From NCBI RefSeq assembly GCF_052425735.1, contig NC_135769.1, forward strand, positions 2,604,001 through 2,668,000: DNA of 64,000 bases. Direction: 5' to 3'. A program made the translations under genes and the position numbers. The notes below the pieces were generated by a model. The model saw nothing but the letters and a program-made list of their open reading frames with translations. It did not search any database and was not told the origin of the DNA. This stretch comes from Oculina patagonica. Its lineage: Eukaryota. Positions 1-12,359 of this stretch are shown piece by piece (position 1 is the first letter of the stretch; the number at the start of each line of letters is the position of its first letter).

Positions 1-387
1 TCTCTTAAGCTTGATAACAAGTTATGTTCTAATTCAAGTTCGTGGTTGCCACGGACATCAGTATCAAATTTCCTTGACTGTTCCCTGATAAAAAACAAAT
101 TTCCCTGATGTCTGATATAGTATCCTCCTCCAGCCTCCATTCCCGAAAAAAAAAGCTGAGTTCACATTGACTTGAAATATTTCTTGCAGCCTTCAATGGT
201 ATTAAATCAGAGGTGCTATAATTTAAATTTTACCTGACTTTTCTTTAAAATGTCAATTTTCTCTGACTTAAAAGTAATTCCCTGACTTTTCCCTGACCTT
301 CAAGAATTTTATTTCTCCTTAAACAGTTCCAGACCTGTGGCAACCCTAACATTGGCTGCATCACAAGTGACAATGTAACTTTCTTAC

Positions 388-3300
388 CATCATATCCAGG
401 CACAGCTTTTCCAGTCGTCTCTAAATGCTCATCCATGGGTCGGCCCAGGCCTACCGCGTGTGCTGTGATGGCCCAGCCAGTTTCTATAGCAACACAGCAC
501 AGTCAAAATTGTAAGTATTGATGACTGGAAATCCATTTTGTTTCAAGCCTGTACCCTTAGTCTTCCCCGTGTTACGACGTTTGGTCCAAATGTTATTTTA
601 AAAAAACAAAACGGCAACAACAAAAACAAAAACAATACTTTATCGGGAATCAAGAAACGATCTAAAAGGTAAATTTCAAGCTTTTTTCGGTAGTTTTTTT
701 CCCCTTAATTAATAGACGGTCTTATCAGAGTGTTCTCAAAACCATTTTCACATCCCTTCTGCCGTTCCTAAAACTTTGATGTTGACGTAAATAACGTTAG
801 AGTCAGTTAGTGGTAATAAATCCAATATCATCCTACCAGTCTGCCACCAATTGTCATAAACTGGCGCGCTGATAGCTTTCCTAGTCCACCTCATGGTATC
901 TTTGTCCATGTGCTCTCCAGCCACAAACAGGTCACGAAAACTGACAATAACAAGAAAACAATAAGAGTTTTGCATTGCGAAGAATTACGTGCAATTAAGT
1001 CTCTGAATTTCCAAGCCCAGTGTTTCAGGGTCAAACCTTTGCTTACTCATTTCATCAGCTTGTACATTCAGTTAAAATCAGTTAACGATGTTTTAGTGGC
1101 AGAATACAAAGAAACGCGGTCGGATTAATAATGTTAATAATGTGCGATAGAAAAGTCAGTCACAACAATAGAAAAGTCAGTCACAACAAGCAAAAACTAA
1201 CTACATTCATTTTCCTGGCTGCTTATCTTCGATTATCTCACTGCAAGCACAGCAAAGGATTTCAGTGATGATAACTTAGCAAGTTCGATTGGAATGTTGT
1301 AGTCTTGAAACTCTAAAAAAGTAGCTTTTTTGTGTGTTTGCTTCTTTATATTGACTTAGATTGACCAACCACAAACAAAGAAGTCTAGGATGAGCAGAAG
1401 TTTAACCAGCCACGCGCAAACAAAATTCACGTGTGCCTGTTGGCTATATGATTGGCTGAGAAGTTTGGAAAACCAATGAAAAGATATTACCAGGTAGCCT
1501 TCATTGGGTTTACTGTTTATAGCTGTTAGATTCGCTTCTACACATTTAACTGAAACACTATAAGCCAAAATGTCTCTAGCTAAGTTAATCATTCCTACCA
1601 TAAATGTCGCTAGTCTTTCTCTTGCCTGGTTCTTCCTGACTGTAGCTACACAGAAAGCGTTTTTATTCCTTCTATCAATACTCGTCTTATTCCTCGAGGT
1701 CATAATAAAATTCAAACTTACTGTGACAGATCATACTGTTTAATTAATTCACAGTTTGGATCCTGTAAACAAACCAAACGAATAGGGGGCCAGTTAAATT
1801 CACGCCCGCAAAGTACATGTAATTACGCCACAGTGGAAATCCAAGTTAAACTGAGAGACAATGTTCAAACGCATAAATGTTCTCAGTAAGCATAGTTTAT
1901 AGAGGGAAGTGGTTAGGAAGCCTCGGCAAAGTTCTTTGTTGTATGTTTTTGTTCGTTATTTTGGGGGTTTACCCTTCACAAAACCTGACAAAATACAATA
2001 GGTGGTAACGTGTGTCACCAATACGTAATTGATGCATAGTGTATGAGCGCAAAACAAAAGATGTACAGGGTCGTGGACCTTCCAACATAAATCTTTGCCT
2101 CTTTGTTTGCTCCTTTGATATTTGCCGGGCTTCCTAACTATTTTTCTCCATTAACTATGCTTTTAAGAGATTTTCAAATCAAGATAACACTAGACCGTGA
2201 TTGTAGAGCCAATCACAAGGCTCGTAAAATATGACATAACAAGCCAATCACAACGCCCGTTGAAAATGGCAACAGACCAATCACAATACCCGTAAAAATG
2301 ACGCAACAAGCAAATCAGAACGCCCTAAAGAAACAACATTAAAACGCAACAAGACTCGCAACAAGCCAATCACAAGAAAGCAACGGAAGTTAAACAAATG
2401 AACCTCGGTGGCTGAAAACTGTACGCAAGGGTTTTAAAGATGTTTGGCGGGTGAAAGGCGAGTTAGGGTCGGCGCAGCAAATTTCTCTTTCGTAAACGGT
2501 CGTTGCCTTTTAAAGCGGTCGATGCCATTTCTCAGAACGGTCGTTGCCATTTGAAACGGTCGATGCCATTTATACTTTGGACCAAATCGCATGAAAGGAT
2601 CTTTCAAACTTCTTCGAAGTGGACGAATTCTTCGAGCTTGTGCATTTTAAGAATCGCTTGGCATTTCTAAACAAGCATAGAATATTCTCATTAGGTTACT
2701 AAAGTAAATGGAGATATTCATCCATTCATTCGTTTGCGTGAGGTTTTCTGCAGTTTTCTGCTTCAATATTTCTTACTTCCGGGCCGAGCCAGAGAGAACA
2801 TAGCGATCTTATGGTATACCGAAGCTCGGATATTTCGTCAACTAGAAAACCAAAATAATTTTTGGAATCGCTTGACATTTCTAAACAAACATCTGATACT
2901 CTCAAGAAGTTTGAAAGATCCTTTCATGCGATTTGGTCCAAAGTATAAATAGCATCGACCGTTTCAAATGGCAACGACCGTTCTGAGAAATGGCATCGAC
3001 CGTTTCAAATGGCAACGACCGTTTACGAAAGGGAAATTTGTGTCGGCGCAGAACCAAATACAACGAAAAAGTTTTTAGGCTTACCTCAGCCCTTATGATC
3101 CTGATAGCTGTTGGGGCAGTGAACATACTAACTACTTTGTGCTGCTCAATTACTCGGAAAAATCCACCTGCATCCGGGGTCCCTACTGGTTTACCCTAAA
3201 AAATAAACGAAGGTATAAATGTCAATGTCACTGCCTGTTAAATGAGCCCACCCACCCAGCTTTAGAATTTCTCTTTCTCTTTCCCCTACCTCCTAGCCTG

Positions 3301-6300
3301 CGAACCCGGACGCATTTCCGGCTGTCCGGCGCTTATTTTCCGGCGGACACAAGCGACAGCCGATACTGCGTCTGGGTTCACAGGCTACCTACCCCCATGT
3401 TCAGGGGTCCCCTTTTAATATTCCCACGAATAATATTCCCTTGAATAAAACTTAGAACTAAAAATATAGAAAGAAAATAGATTTAATGCGACAGGAGCTA
3501 TCGCGTGAATTTCAATTCTGTAGAAAGCAAATTTTCTACGAAATTTTCCGCTTACCATCAGCTCAGTCCCAGGCCAATCCTCGTTTCTGACGCGCTTGTT
3601 GGCGGCAGTTTTCGCGGGAAAAGTTTGCCAACGCGAAGTCAAGTTTCAATCAGTAGTTCAGAAAAATCGTCATACTTTTATTGAATTTAGTACGTTTGAG
3701 CAATTAACGAAAAAAGAAAAAATGCCCTCTGCAAAAGAAGGACGAAAAGGAACTCCTTCCAGAACGGTTTCTGGGAAATTCAAGGTAACAAATGTTGAGT
3801 TTAGTGCGCGCACAAACTGCTCGCACGGTCTCGCACAAACAAATTGCCATTCGCATTAAAATGTTTGCTCGTTTGGTTATCGATGTTTACAGAAAGTTGC
3901 TCCGTTGATAAGCTCTGGAATGATGAAAAAACTGGAACCAGTTCTCCAGTTTGAGAAACGAACAATGCACTGTCATCCCCTTGGAACAATTAAGCCACTA
4001 AATGCTCCTCAAGACGATATTCAATCAAAGAAGCAAAAAGATCCAGGTGAGTTTTGTTTTCCGTCGTCTCCAGCAAGGGAAAATAACAAAGAAGAGGCAA
4101 CGTCTTTTAAAGGCGAACGAGAGAAGGAAATAAAACTGACCAAAAAAGCTGCCAAGAAGGCTGAAAAGGTTCTAAAGGTATGCTTAATATTTTAAGATTA
4201 AGATAGAATGATGAAAATAAGGGGGAAATTTTACTTGCCAATGATTATGGGCAGTACGTCTGTTTATGCAGCAAAGTGTTTCACAAATATCAAATATCCT
4301 ATAGCTAATGGCGTAAAAAGTAGTAAAAGAATTCAAGATTATTTTATCATAGGATTGGTTCACCATTAAAAAAATTTCCTTTTAGAAGTTGGCAATGTAC
4401 CACTCCCATACAAATTTACTAGTTGACCTTGTTAGGATTGTTTGTTTGTTTGTTTGTTTTGAAAAGAGATTTAATATTTGCTCACTGCACTCACTTTAAA
4501 AATTACTTGAAAAAGGTTTTTGATGTAAGATATCTATAACATTTGCTTGACTTAAAAAAATTCCTTTCAAAAATATTCACAATCCCTCCAGTCCTTGTCA
4601 GCTCAAACAAGAAGTACAATCATTTTTTTGTTACAAATGTTTACAGAGATATGCCAATAAAGAAGTGTTAGAGAATATTAGAAACACAAGAGAGCACATC
4701 CAGTTACTGAGAAGTCAACTTCAGGAAAACAAGAACTGGGCTGAGCAGCAAAGATTTCACTAACCAGATACCATAAAGGCCAGTCAGAGAGGGGACATAA
4801 CATTTACCTATGTTACTGGTATTTATATGATAAAAGCTTAAGGTCTTGCAACCGGACTAAAACGAAGCTTTTAAATGAACACATTGATTTGCTGTGCACA
4901 GTGTTATAGGCAATATTGAGTATGGTAACTGTTGCATTTGGATTTTCACAATATAACACTAACAATCTGAACTCAAATAATCCTGGAAAATGTTCAGACA
5001 TACTCTACTAACTATGGTACAGAAAAGTAATAAATTGTCTCTGCACTTTATCTTCTTGATTTGGTAACAGAAACATGATTTAGACGACTGTATCAGTCAG
5101 CCTGGGAATTGTGCCAGTTTAGGCAAATCTTTGTTGAAGCACTCAAAGAGTTTCCAAATTATTTCATCCAGTCAAATACAAGTGTAAGCAACTAGTGTGA
5201 GTGCTCATGAGTACTCCAAAACCAATTGCATGAACAGATACATCATGTTGCTTAGCAACTTTTGGGATGAACATCATAGGCTTAGTCCCATCTAGGAAGC
5301 AGGATTTTGTCAAAAACTGGCACTTATTCCCCAAGTAGTCAGATTTTTCCTCACAAATGTTGGAAGCGACATGCTCATGACACAACTTGGATTGGACAAC
5401 ATACACTGATGCATGGCTTTGCCGTGACAGGAAGTTGAAATTGTGTACCAAACATCACAAAAAATAAAAAAGTTTGGTCAGCAATGGGGTAATGGGCGCA
5501 CCATGTACTTAATTTTAGGGAGTACACAGCCCTAAATCAGCTTTTAAAATGCCAAATGAATGTACAAAATCGCATTCACTTGTGAACAAAGGAGTGAGGT
5601 CAGTAAAATAAACCAACAGAGAGGAAATTGTCGGAAATGTTCTATATTAAACATACCTCAAACAAAACTGTCGTGCAACCAGACAACAAAGGTGCATAAA
5701 CTATGTAGGAATGGCCAACAACCCAGCCAAGATCAGAGGCTGCCCACCAGACCTGAAAGAGGACGATGAAAAATTAAACCAGTGTACATATAAATTATCA
5801 GATGGTGATGATTTGAATACAGTAAAAACCCGCGTATAAGAACCTAACATTTAAGAACCTGTAAGGCTAAAATTTCATTTTTAAGCACCCTTCACATAAG
5901 AACCATTCTAGGCTAAAATTCTAATTTAACAGGTTCTTATTTTCATGTTATGTTGTTTTGTATACAAGATTTATTGGGAATTATAGTGAAGGTTACAGTA
6001 TAGGTTTGATTTTAACAGAATCAGATTAAAATAGTACAGAATTTTGCTGACCGAAGCCTCCAAGAATACTGTTATTGGACATTAAAGACCAGATCATTTA
6101 AAAATTCTACTTTATTTCTTGAACAAAAGTTAAGAACCTAATTAAGAACCTAGTTAGCCTAATTTTACACTAAATACCATTTATATAAGAACCTGTTTAG
6201 GCTAACTTGAAAAAACCTAGGTTCTTATACGCGGGTTTTTACTGTAATGGAAGTGTTGATAGCAGTTTACTTTAATAGTTACCTCTCCAGGATTAATGCC

Positions 6301-9300
6301 ATACAAATTTCTCATGCTCCAGTGAAGAGCAACAGCATGGCCACCATTCTCACGCACAATACCCTAAGCAAACCAACCAAAAAATCAAATTAAAATAAGC
6401 AAACTATCAGATAAAAGACTTATCATTATCATTTCTATAATCTTGTCTATTTTTGTATATATTTTCAGCACCTAGTTATATATTACATTTTTTCAGGTGA
6501 GTCACTGCTTAAGATGGTTTCCGCACAGCTTTCGAGCAATACAGGCAAAAATAAAGTTACCAAAAAGACCTTTTAGCATGGCAACAGTTTTAATACAGCT
6601 AACAAAAACCTGCCAAAAAATGAGCACTCAAGCTGACCCCGCGAGAGAAAAATGGATTTGAAGTCGTATATATTTCAGTTAAAACGGACGTTTTGCGCCA
6701 GTTCAAAACAAAATGGCACGCGTTTTAAACATTTTTACAAGGTTTGACTTTAATTTTCTCGAGAATGCTTTAAAATTTAATTACGGGGTCACTAAGACAA
6801 ATAAATTTCGATGAGATCTTTTAAATAGTATACAAAATGTTGCCCTGCTATGAGCAGATTTTTGGTGCTTAATTTTCGCACTCATTGCTCAAACTTTCAG
6901 CAGAATCCGTCTTAACTTGTTTTTGGTTTGACACTCCACCCCTTTGGAGATTCCAGTTGAGCTTCATAATTTTCTTTTAAAAGATTTTGCCTTTGTTGCC
7001 CCATCGCCTCCAAATCAGAATTTTTACTTACTCTCTGTGCGGTGGCTTCGGATATTCCAGGGATGTGGCTAAGAAAACACTAAGCCAGCTCATCAACAAG
7101 CCCAGCTGGCTTTTCTGACCTTGGCAGCTCTATACGTTTACCTTTCAGTAGTCATTGTTTTCATGTGAATTTTCAGCTGGATTTAAGTTCTCTTTCAGCT
7201 GGTGAAATTTGCCAGCAGCCGGCCCTTAGCGATATCACTGATATTCTTTGAATCCACACACTTGGTTTGAAATTTTTACATTCTATGCTACTGAAAATCT
7301 GAAAATGTGTGGAAAACTGTTAATCCATTGAACTGCCCTGTACCTTTGGGTCACCTGTGGTACCAGATGTGTATAGAATATACAGAGGATCGTTTGACAG
7401 TACAGGGACACAGTCATGTGGCTGTGCTTTCTCCATCACTTGATCCCATGTGATATCCTGCCCTGGAATGATTTCACCTGAACACTGAACACAAAAAATA
7501 AGATATCATATAGTAAGCAGATGACCACAAGATATTTTACTAGAGTTATTTTATTCTGAAGTACATGTGCACTTTTGTGAGCATGAGTATTTAAATCCCT
7601 ATTCAGTAGTTGAAAGTTCTATGTTGTACGCTAAAACATGCATACCGTATTTTCTCGATTAAACGCCGGGCCCCGAATAAACGCCGGGTCTCCAAGGTAG
7701 AGTGGTAAGTAAGCCTTTCAGGTATTTTTTCGAGGTGTAATATGCTTTAGGTATGATGGCAAGATACATTCATGTCAGAAATAATGATTAAAAACCCTTG
7801 CTTAATAAACATTTTGCTCGAATAAACTGCACCATTCAAATAAACGCCGGATCTATGGTACCTAGTTTGAAATAAACGCCGGGGGCGTTTAATTGAGAAA
7901 ATACGGTACTTCATAAATTTAATCCACTCAGGAAAAAGTTAATCACTCTCTGTATGACTGGCATGTAATCATTTATCACTAAGGTGTTCAAACTCAAGAG
8001 TTCTTATAAAATTATTGATATTTTTTTTATCCCATTTTATGCACTGATTTTTTGCATACCACATAATTAACCTGTCTCAATTCTGCCCATATCGGGTGTC
8101 ATGGATCACCTCTGCATACTCTCTGAACACACTCTGGGATTACTGAAGTTTTATTTATAGTTTTACTAAAGATGGAAACAGGGAAAACAAGAAATTTATT
8201 AGGCAAGAAGTTTGACTAGGATCAAAGGAAGAAATATAATCAAAACATACTAATCTGATTGAAATTTACCTGGTCTCTTTGGTACACAATACAAGTAGAA
8301 GGTTTGAAACTTGACAGCTTGATGGCCTCATCCAAAATAGGTTTGTAATACACTAATCGAGTTGGCTCGATACCACAAGATGCAGTCACCACAACACGCG
8401 GCTAAAAAATAATGATTATAACAAGTGAAAATCTTTATCACAGCATGATGTTATGAGTTCATCAATCCGAAACTACTGGTAATAAGTGCATAGATTAAAA
8501 TTTCAAAATTACACTGTAACTCTGAATACACAATACAAAATTAATTTGTTTACTTACTTCAGCATGCTCTATCCTTCTTGCTAACTCCTGTGCAGCAAAA
8601 CCTCCAAACACCACTGAGTGAACTGCACCAAGCCGGGCACAAGCCAACATGGCAATAACAGCCTAGAAATACCAAAAATGAAATTGGAATGAAAAATGTT
8701 AATACAATGTTTTAATCCACCAAATACACCATCACTTTCTAGCTCAGATATAGGGTCGTCATAAAGTGTGAGGCATAAATATAGCACTTCAGTTGGCCTA
8801 CTGTTAGCTTAATTAGGTACCTTGCAGTTAGCCTTTTTATTTCTGCCTCACATGCCTTGCAAACCTCACTCCCTTGCCGCGCACGCCTTGCTTCCTCAAA
8901 ATATGGGAGCCTCACAGGATGTCATTTACTGCCTGAATTATATTGTCAATGAAATATTATAACAGGCACACAATCCAAGCCAGGGCCGGGACACAATGCA
9001 CGCAGAGCGTGGTATAGACGTAACCCTTTGCATATGTTGCAGACCTATGATGCTAGATAATAATATAAAACTTAAGGTCATTGCCCTGTATTGCATTGCG
9101 CATCCTTACTGCGCAGAATTTTACGCGTAATAAGTGCGCGCACATAAACAAAATGGCGGCTTTTTTCTATGCGGCTTAGTTTGCAAGAGAAGTAAATTGA
9201 CGCTTTCTCGTAAACAAGTCTGGTGACCTATCAATTTTTTCTCATATTTTGGATGTAGCGATCAAATTCTTACTGTAAAATGAAAACAGATCAATTCCTA

Positions 9301-11412
9301 TGTTTGAAAAATAAATTATCACTAAAAACGTGTACTTTAATTGCCAGTACTTGCAGAGGAATTATAAAGGAATTATATGGAATAAACAAGGTCTTCCTGC
9401 TCCTAAATGAATGCGGTGACCCCCCTTTTTTATTTAAAAATTTAAGTTCCCTTAAAGCAATAAACCAGTAGGCGAATTTTGGTTAAAAATCTATGTTCAG
9501 TTATTTTTCGGGGCAATGACCTTAACTTCTCAAGCTTGATCAAATGATCTTAGATAATGGAACAGACTGCTGCAAATACTGAATGTATTATTTTATATAC
9601 CTGAGGAACCATTGGCATGTAGATCACAACTCGGTCTCCTTTACCAACATTCAACTGTGCCAGTGCACCAGCAAACTTTGCCACCTAAAACAAAATTTTC
9701 GTCACCTACTGTTAATATCACTCAAAAATAGCAGAACAAGGGGTAGATAAACTCTGTAACTGTTTCAAGCCTAGGGATCAAAGCAGCTGGATAGTTTCAA
9801 CACTTGTTTTCCATTTCTGTAGCATGAAGCGATTAGGAGTATTGCCAGTTTCCTGCTTAACCCCTAGTATTTTACCCAAGAACACAACACTCAGGCTAGT
9901 AAATGAGCACAAAATCAGATATTAAAAAAATAATTACCATCTTACAAATTTAAAAACCCCAGGGGGGAGGGGTTTAATCTATTATCACTATTTTGCAAAG
10001 CACTCCTAAACATTCTATGACAAAGTTTCCAGAAACATTTGGTTATAAGCCCTGGACTTATACAACTTTGTAGGGGGTTTTGGGTGGGCTTATAAATGGA
10101 TGGGCTTTTATCCTGGGGGGGCGGGGGCTTATAACTGGATTAAAAAAAAAACATTTCAAACTTGTAAGCCACGGCAGTGTTATTTGAAACATGTTTTTTT
10201 AAAGTTCAAAAAAAGTCATAAAGCAGCAATTATAGCCCTGTTTGGTACTGTCATCCATCAAATGGGGGCTTATAACCAGACATATCCTTTAGGTAGATGG
10301 GCATATAACCGGGGGGGGGGGGGGGGTGTCTGATAACCAAATTTTTCAGGTATCTTATTTAAGGAGTTCTTACCAAGCGCTGTAGATTTTTATATGTGTA
10401 CATTTCTATCTTGCCACTCAATGGACTGTCATAAATCAAAGCTATTTGATTTCCTTTTCCTTTTTCAATATGACGGTCAAGGCAGTTATAACAAGTGTTC
10501 ATCTCGCCACCAACAAACCTAAAAAAAAAAAACAGTTTGATGTTCAATCTTGACTTTTATTAATGTCTACCTGTACAAAAAAAATGGAACACTTGAAACT
10601 TAAAAATAACTTTTAATCCTGATGGGGTGTAAGTGTAACATGGCAGCAGGCAAGATTTTTGCATGGGTGGGTGCAAGCATCCAAGGCGTGCACATCAAAG
10701 GGGGTCTGGGAGTATTCTTCCTCAGAAAATTAAAAAGAAAATCAAGTTGTGGAACACCGCCCCAGGATTATGACAGCTGTCTTTAAAGACAGATCAGAGG
10801 TGTCTGCGTTATATGCAAATTTTACGCATAAGTGCCGAGAGAAAGAATTAAGGAAGCTGGGGAGAGATGCAATATGATAAACTAACATAAAATCCTTGGT
10901 TTAATAAAATACAGAAACGGTTTACCATAGAATAAATGTCTGCTGGTCGGGAAATCCATCTAGATAAATTATATTTCTATACCATGTTTAACTAATAACC
11001 TTGATAATTACAATAAACCAATAATGCATGGTGATGCATGCGCAAACACAATAATAACATTTCACATTTCACATTTCACGAATAATATTACAACCTACCA
11101 TTTAGTAAAAGGTGGATTGCTATTGTCCATCACTTTTCCAAATGGCTTATGCCAGTCAATGTCTTCCGCCAATTCCCCCCAGAATTCTTCTGGTTCTTCG
11201 ATAGACTTCTTGAACACCTCATCATATTCGCGCAACACCCTTCGATGTTGTTGTGAACTGTGAAAATGGCGGCTTATTGGCAGGGCTGTTCCACAACGCA
11301 AACTCTGTGTTTGTGCTACATTCTGCCATGAATTCCACAGACTTTGAGAGCAAATCTTCCCTTGCACTCTATTCAAGCGAGCTGCGGTCTGAATCGCACG
11401 TAGCATCGCCAT
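388..11412 (-). CDS. ACSS3: Acyl-CoA synthetase short-chain family member 3-like (mitochondrial acetyl/propionyl-CoA synthetase); the 3' end lies beyond the left edge. Exons: 11412-11099, 10518-10374, 9684-9601, 8662-8558, 8401-8270, 7484-7344, 6363-6283, 5752-5657, 3195-3085, 1762-1722, 940-837, 483-388
   Basis: GT/AG-bounded exons join in frame. They give an Arg-rich transit-peptide-like N-terminus, [33 protein letters not shown], the AMP-binding motif [53 protein letters not shown] and DNWWQTETGW. Confidence 0.93.
2477..3041. mobile_element. MITE with ~155 bp TIRs and a 9-bp TSD (Mutator-like)
   Basis: Long inverted repeats contain ~20-bp subrepeats (aaacggtcg[t/a]tgccat). The direct repeat gtcggcgca flanks it at 2468-2476 and 3042-3050. 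Confidence 0.8.
3293..3388. mobile_element. Short palindromic MITE (TAGCCTG...CAGGCTA family)
   Basis: Imperfect inverted repeat tagcctgcgaacccggacgca / tgcgtctgggttcacaggcta. A related element lies at ~25629-25702. Confidence 0.6.
3722..4763 (+). CDS. Hypothetical 154-aa basic/coiled-coil protein; 3 exons (3722-3784, 3893-4177, 4647-4763) nested antisense in an ACSS3 intron
   Basis: ATG in an aaaATG context. Two phase-0 GT..AG introns have tttacag acceptors, and the spliced frame is open to TAA 4761-4763. No recognised domain. Confidence 0.55.
5820..6244. mobile_element. Tc1/mariner-type MITE
   Basis: TIR cagtaaaaacccgcgtataagaaccta / taggttcttatacgcgggtttttactg, TA flanks, internal taagaacc repeats. 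Confidence 0.85.
6513..6911. mobile_element. TTAA-flanked MITE (Kolobok-like)
   Basis: ttaa|gatggtttccgc ... gcagaatccgtc|ttaa, an imperfect TIR with a TTAA duplication. Confidence 0.6.
7058..7240. mobile_element. Short MITE with CAG...CTG termini
   Basis: Imperfect TIR cagggatgtggctaag / cttagcgatatcactg, with atattc on both flanks. Confidence 0.5.
7645..7906. mobile_element. Tc1/mariner-type MITE
   Basis: TIR ccgtattttctcgattaaacgcc / ggcgtttaattgagaaaatacgg, TA flanks. Confidence 0.85.
9076..9521. mobile_element. TTAA-flanked MITE (Kolobok-like)
   Basis: ttaa|ggtcattgccc ... gggcaatgacc|ttaa. Confidence 0.8.
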
Positions 11413-12203
11413 TTTGATGTGCAACCCTTTGATCTCGCTGCCTTTGCTCTTTTGAAAACGACAACAACCAACAACCGCCGAGAGAGATAGCGTGACGCGT
11501 CGGGTGTCACGGTCACGTAACTGGTACACTCTTTCCGAACCGGAAGGCGTAAAACATGACTCCCATCACGTGCACCATTTTAAACTGATGTGACAAACTT
11601 TACGCCAGCTTTTTGTGCAACTGGATGAAACACGGACAATTTCAAAGCATAATTGGTTTAAAGAAGAAATACGGTATGGGAAAGAAGGAGGGGAGCCCTC
11701 TCAACGACCTCAACAATCTCTCATCATCGCCCCAGGGTCTTCTCCAAAACCCTGGGGACGAGGTTCGGGTCGGCCTGTCACGCAATCTGCAATTCCGTAA
11801 AGTTCAAAGGAGAATCGAAAGAGTGGGTGGTTTTCGTGCCAAGCACCATGAGTTGATCGCGAGACGTGCTTTGCTTTAATTATAAACTTTCCATATTTTT
11901 ATACCGATGAAAGCGGAAATTGTGGCGATATTCAAAGATTTTCGTGTTGATACGGAATGCAGAAATTTCTGTTTCAGATTCTGTTAAAAATCAGAAAAAT
12001 AACCACACGGATTTTGTTTACAACGTTAATGGTGAGTTCTTTTTTTCTCAGTTACTTCAGAAAGGTTTTTTGGCAAATGGTATTCACTCAAGTACTCGAG
12101 AGCTCTGCAAAGCATAAATGTGCAAGTCGTAAAAAGCGTCCCATTTTTTTCTACAAGTGTCCTAATATTCTAATAATCACTCTTATTCTGATCATTTATA
12201 GTA

Positions 12204-12359
12204 CAGTCGACTTTCTTTAAAACCGACACCGTCAAAACCGGCTCCAACGGTCCATTTTAGAGAGGTGTCCGTCTTATAGGGAGTTAAGTTACAGTAAAAT
12301 AACTGAAACGGGAGCAACACCAGGTGTCCGAAGTGTCCGTTGAGAGAGAGAGTTGACTG
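12204..12359. mobile_element. Tc1/mariner-type MITE (cagtc..gactg, ggacacc-repeat family)
   Basis: ta|cagtcgactttct ... agagagttgactg|ta. Relatives lie at 15786-16840, ~17125-17198 and ~47930-48020. Confidence 0.7.

Noticed and set aside
1148-1189. 21-bp direct duplication (tagaaaagtcagtcacaacaa x2)
   Set aside because: Simple slippage duplication with no further structure.
1356-1715. 119-aa ORF or LTR-like segment in an ACSS3 intron
   Set aside because: No recognisable domain, paired LTR, primer-binding site or TSD could be established.
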